DNA from: an uncultured Oscillospiraceae bacterium
GTDB lineage: Bacteria > Bacillota > Clostridia > Acetivibrionales > DTU013
DNA: 64,000 nt
NCBI GenBank assembly: GCA_964587755.1
Contig: CAZPMC010000005.1
Coordinates: 2,486 to 66,485, forward strand
Direction: 5' to 3'
The stretch's first letter is position 1. Each line of letters opens with the position of its first letter. A model generated the notes under the pieces. That model saw nothing but the letters and a program-made list of their open reading frames with translations, was not told the DNA's origin and did no database searches. Position numbers and translations under genes: made by a program. Of this stretch, positions 62,275 to 64,000 are shown one piece after another.

Positions 62275-62931
62275 ATGAATGGGGGATTTAAGAATATGGC
62301 GGCTGATAAGATTAAAATTCTAATTGTTGACGACCATAGTGTTGTTAGAAGCGGCCTTGGAGCATTTTTACAGGTATTTGACGAATTCGAGCTGGTCGGA
62401 GAGGCGTCAAACGGGAGGGAAGCTGTGGAAGCATGCGCTGTTAGTCAGCCTGACATTGTTTTGATGGACCTTGTAATGCCTCAAATGGATGGAGCGAAGG
62501 CGACAAAAATTATAAGGGAGAAATTCCCTGATATCAGGGTCATAGTACTGACCAGCTTCAAAGAGGATAATCTTGTTGAGGATGCTCTTTCGGCGGGAGC
62601 AATCGGATACCTTTTAAAAAATGTATCTGCAGATCAGCTTGCCGATGCAATTCATTCGGCTATGTTAGGCCGCCCCACTCTTGCACCGGAGGCTACCCAG
62701 GCATTAATAAATGCGTCGGGGCGCAGAAACAGCCCCTCTATAGATTTAACTGACAGGGAGAAGGAAGTTCTGCTTTTGATGATAGATGGACTCAGCAATG
62801 CTGAAATAGCAGAAAAGATGATAATAAGCAAATCAACTGTTAAATTTCATGTTAGCAATATTTTGTCAAAGCTTGGTGTATCAAGACGGACTGAGGCTAT
62901 TGCCATGGCAATACAAGAGAAGCTGGTGTAA
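62275..62931 (+). CDS. NarL/LuxR-family response regulator
   Basis: Receiver domain (ILIVDDH...DIVLMDLVMP...TSF) and a LuxR HTH (LTDREKEVLLLMIDGLSNAEIAEKMIISKSTVKFHVSNIL). The ATG at 62296 is an alternative start. Confidence 0.9.
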   Translation: MNGGFKNMAADKIKILIVDDHSVVRSGLGAFLQVFDEFELVGEASNGREAVEACAVSQPDIVLMDLVMPQMDGAKATKIIREKFPDIRVIVLTSFKEDNLVEDALSAGAIGYLLKNVSADQLADAIHSAMLGRPTLAPEATQALINASGRRNSPSIDLTDREKEVLLLMIDGLSNAEIAEKMIISKSTVKFHVSNILSKLGVSRRTEAIAMAIQEKLV

Positions 62932-63006
62932 TTGAACCTTTGTGAACTTAATCCCAACCTGCCTGGTCAATCGGACAGTATAAAAACAGGCCATCAGGCC
63001 ATAAAA

Positions 63007-63045
63007 AATCCCCCCATATGGCGGAAGCGTATGGAGGGATTTTCT
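63007..63045 (+). terminator. Rho-independent terminator of the two-component operon
   Basis: AATCCCCCCATA pairs with TATGGAGGGATT (one mismatch), followed by TTCT. Confidence 0.6.
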
Positions 63046-63089
63046 ATTAGAATTAACTTACAACATAAAGAAAGGGAGGTTGTGAATAA

Positions 63090-63629
63090 GTGAAAAAAAC
63101 TGACCGGGAGCTGGTGACTGAATGCCTGGAGGGCAATGAAAATTCATTTTCCGAGTTGATAGAAAGATATAAAAGACTCATTTTTAAGATTGCTTACAGG
63201 TATACCCAGGATAGTGATGAGGTAAATGATCTTGTGCAGGAAACATACATAAAAATATTTAAATCCTTGTCTAAATACGATAGTAAGTATATGTTCTCTA
63301 CTTGGTGCTCTAAGGTCACCGCAAATATCTGCCTGGACTATTTAAGGCGCAAACGGGTTCATTCAGTTCCTCTTGAAGAAGTAGAAAACTTTGTGGGCAG
63401 CGGTGTTTCGCCTGAAGAATATTATCTGAACAAGGAGCTAGGTCAAAAGCTTATTGATGCAATAAATGAGCTGCCTGAGATATATAGGCTGCCAATAGTT
63501 ATGTATCATCAGAAGGGTATGTCTTATAAGCAGATAGCGGAGTTTCTAGATAAGCCCATGTCAATTGTTAAAAACAGGCTATTCAGGGGCAGGCTTACTT
63601 TAAGGCAGAATCTTAGTAATGTTGCATAA
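63090..63629 (+). CDS. ECF-type RNA polymerase sigma-70 family factor
   Basis: Region 2 (DLVQETYIKIF, WCSKVTANICLDYLRR) and region 4 (MSYKQIAEFLDKPMSIVKNRLFRGR). GTG start after GGGAGG. Confidence 0.85.
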   Translation: MKKTDRELVTECLEGNENSFSELIERYKRLIFKIAYRYTQDSDEVNDLVQETYIKIFKSLSKYDSKYMFSTWCSKVTANICLDYLRRKRVHSVPLEEVENFVGSGVSPEEYYLNKELGQKLIDAINELPEIYRLPIVMYHQKGMSYKQIAEFLDKPMSIVKNRLFRGRLTLRQNLSNVA

Positions 63630-63699
63630 CAGGGATGACATAACTATAGCCGGATATAATTATGCATCCCTGTGCATGAATTTCGGAAATGAATGATTA

Positions 63700-64000
63700 T
63701 TACTTGGCTGCCAGCTCAGAAATTTTTACAATTACCTCAACAGCCTTTGCCATTTCGGTGGCAGAGGCATATTCATATCTTCCGTGGAAATTGCCGCCTC
63801 CTGTAAAGAGGTTTGGTGTAGGAAGTCCCATATATGTCAGTCTTGCACCGTCTGTACCACCTCTGATGGGCTTTATAACAGGAGCAATGTTGCTTTGGGT
63901 TATAGCAGTCACAGCCAGCTCCACTACATGCCGGTTGGCAGGGAATATTTTTTCCTTCATGTTGTAGTACGTATCTTTTATTGATAGTACAACAGTACCC
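63700..64000 (-). CDS. pepT: Peptidase T (tripeptide aminopeptidase), 3' portion; the 5' end lies outside the window
   Basis: ...[12 protein letters not shown]...[40 protein letters not shown]... matches the PepT C-terminus. The frame is open to nt 64000. Confidence 0.88.
   Translation of the reverse strand, partial: GTVVLSIKDTYYNMKEKIFPANRHVVELAVTAITQSNIAPVIKPIRGGTDGARLTYMGLPTPNLFTGGGNFHGRYEYASATEMAKAVEVIVKISELAAK

Noticed and set aside
63689-63967. A 92-aa + strand ORF with one hydrophobic helix right after the ECF sigma gene, tempting as an anti-sigma factor.
   Set aside because: The opposite strand encodes an unmistakable PepT C-terminus ([31 protein letters not shown]). The + frame is its antisense shadow, and a hairpin separates it from the sigma gene.
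1-64000. Whole-window checks for CRISPR arrays, tRNA or rRNA genes, IS elements, integrases, prophage blocks and toxin-antitoxin or classical defence genes.
   Set aside because: I saw no regularly spaced direct repeats, no cloverleaf-type sequences or rRNA-like conserved blocks in the intergenic regions, and no ORF with transposase, recombinase, nuclease-ATPase or phage structural signatures. This was by-eye inspection only, and tRNAscan, Rfam and defence-finder runs would be the proper check.

Overview
This 64-kb chromosomal window comes from an AT-rich, spore-forming, anaerobic Firmicute of class Clostridia. That placement rests on PFOR/NifJ, HydE, SpoVB, Tgl, copper-amine-oxidase-N stalk repeats and a hydrolase carrying cohesin and dockerin modules. 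The species cannot be determined by eye. I call about 50 protein genes, one small ORF missing from the track, one candidate structured RNA, a set of hairpin terminators and a few regulatory sites. I saw no rRNA, tRNA, CRISPR array, transposase, integrase or phage genes. Layout: (i) 1-10.5 kb holds a translationally coupled envelope operon built around an XrtG-type exosortase. It encodes a secreted protein with a matching C-terminal sorting tail, a processive QxxRW GT2, a Dpm1-like GT2 and two giant paralogous GT-C-like membrane proteins, followed by a degenerate-GGDEF/HD-GYP protein and a stand-alone PTPS-like protein. (ii) 10.6-15.2 kb holds a TipA-class MerR regulator, then an uncharacterised operon of lipoprotein, TPR lipoprotein and secreted protein. 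(iii) 15.3-25.8 kb is housekeeping (MFS, cupin, feoAB, DUF1846, malic enzyme), plus a GC-rich 216-nt intergenic element that folds as a long rod. (iv) 25.8-37 kb is carbohydrate-related: a ~1560-aa GH127 enzyme with discoidin, Big_2, cohesin, FIVAR-like and dockerin modules, then speB translationally coupled to a second GH127, then metA and a GH94 phosphorylase. (v) 37-44 kb holds a zinc-ribbon protein, a cluster of five same-orientation DnaA-box-like sites upstream of hpf, a zinc ABC transporter, and peptidases. (vi) 44-52 kb holds nifJ, spoVB and a tgl operon with two unknown co-transcribed genes behind a mother-cell-sigma-like promoter. (vii) 52-64 kb is mixed metabolism, a triple-GAF histidine kinase with a NarL-type regulator, an ECF sigma with no anti-sigma partner, and the 3' end of pepT. 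The best candidate for an under-described system is the XrtG locus, and the cohesin-plus-dockerin GH127 is second. All functional calls come from motif recognition by eye; no database search was run.
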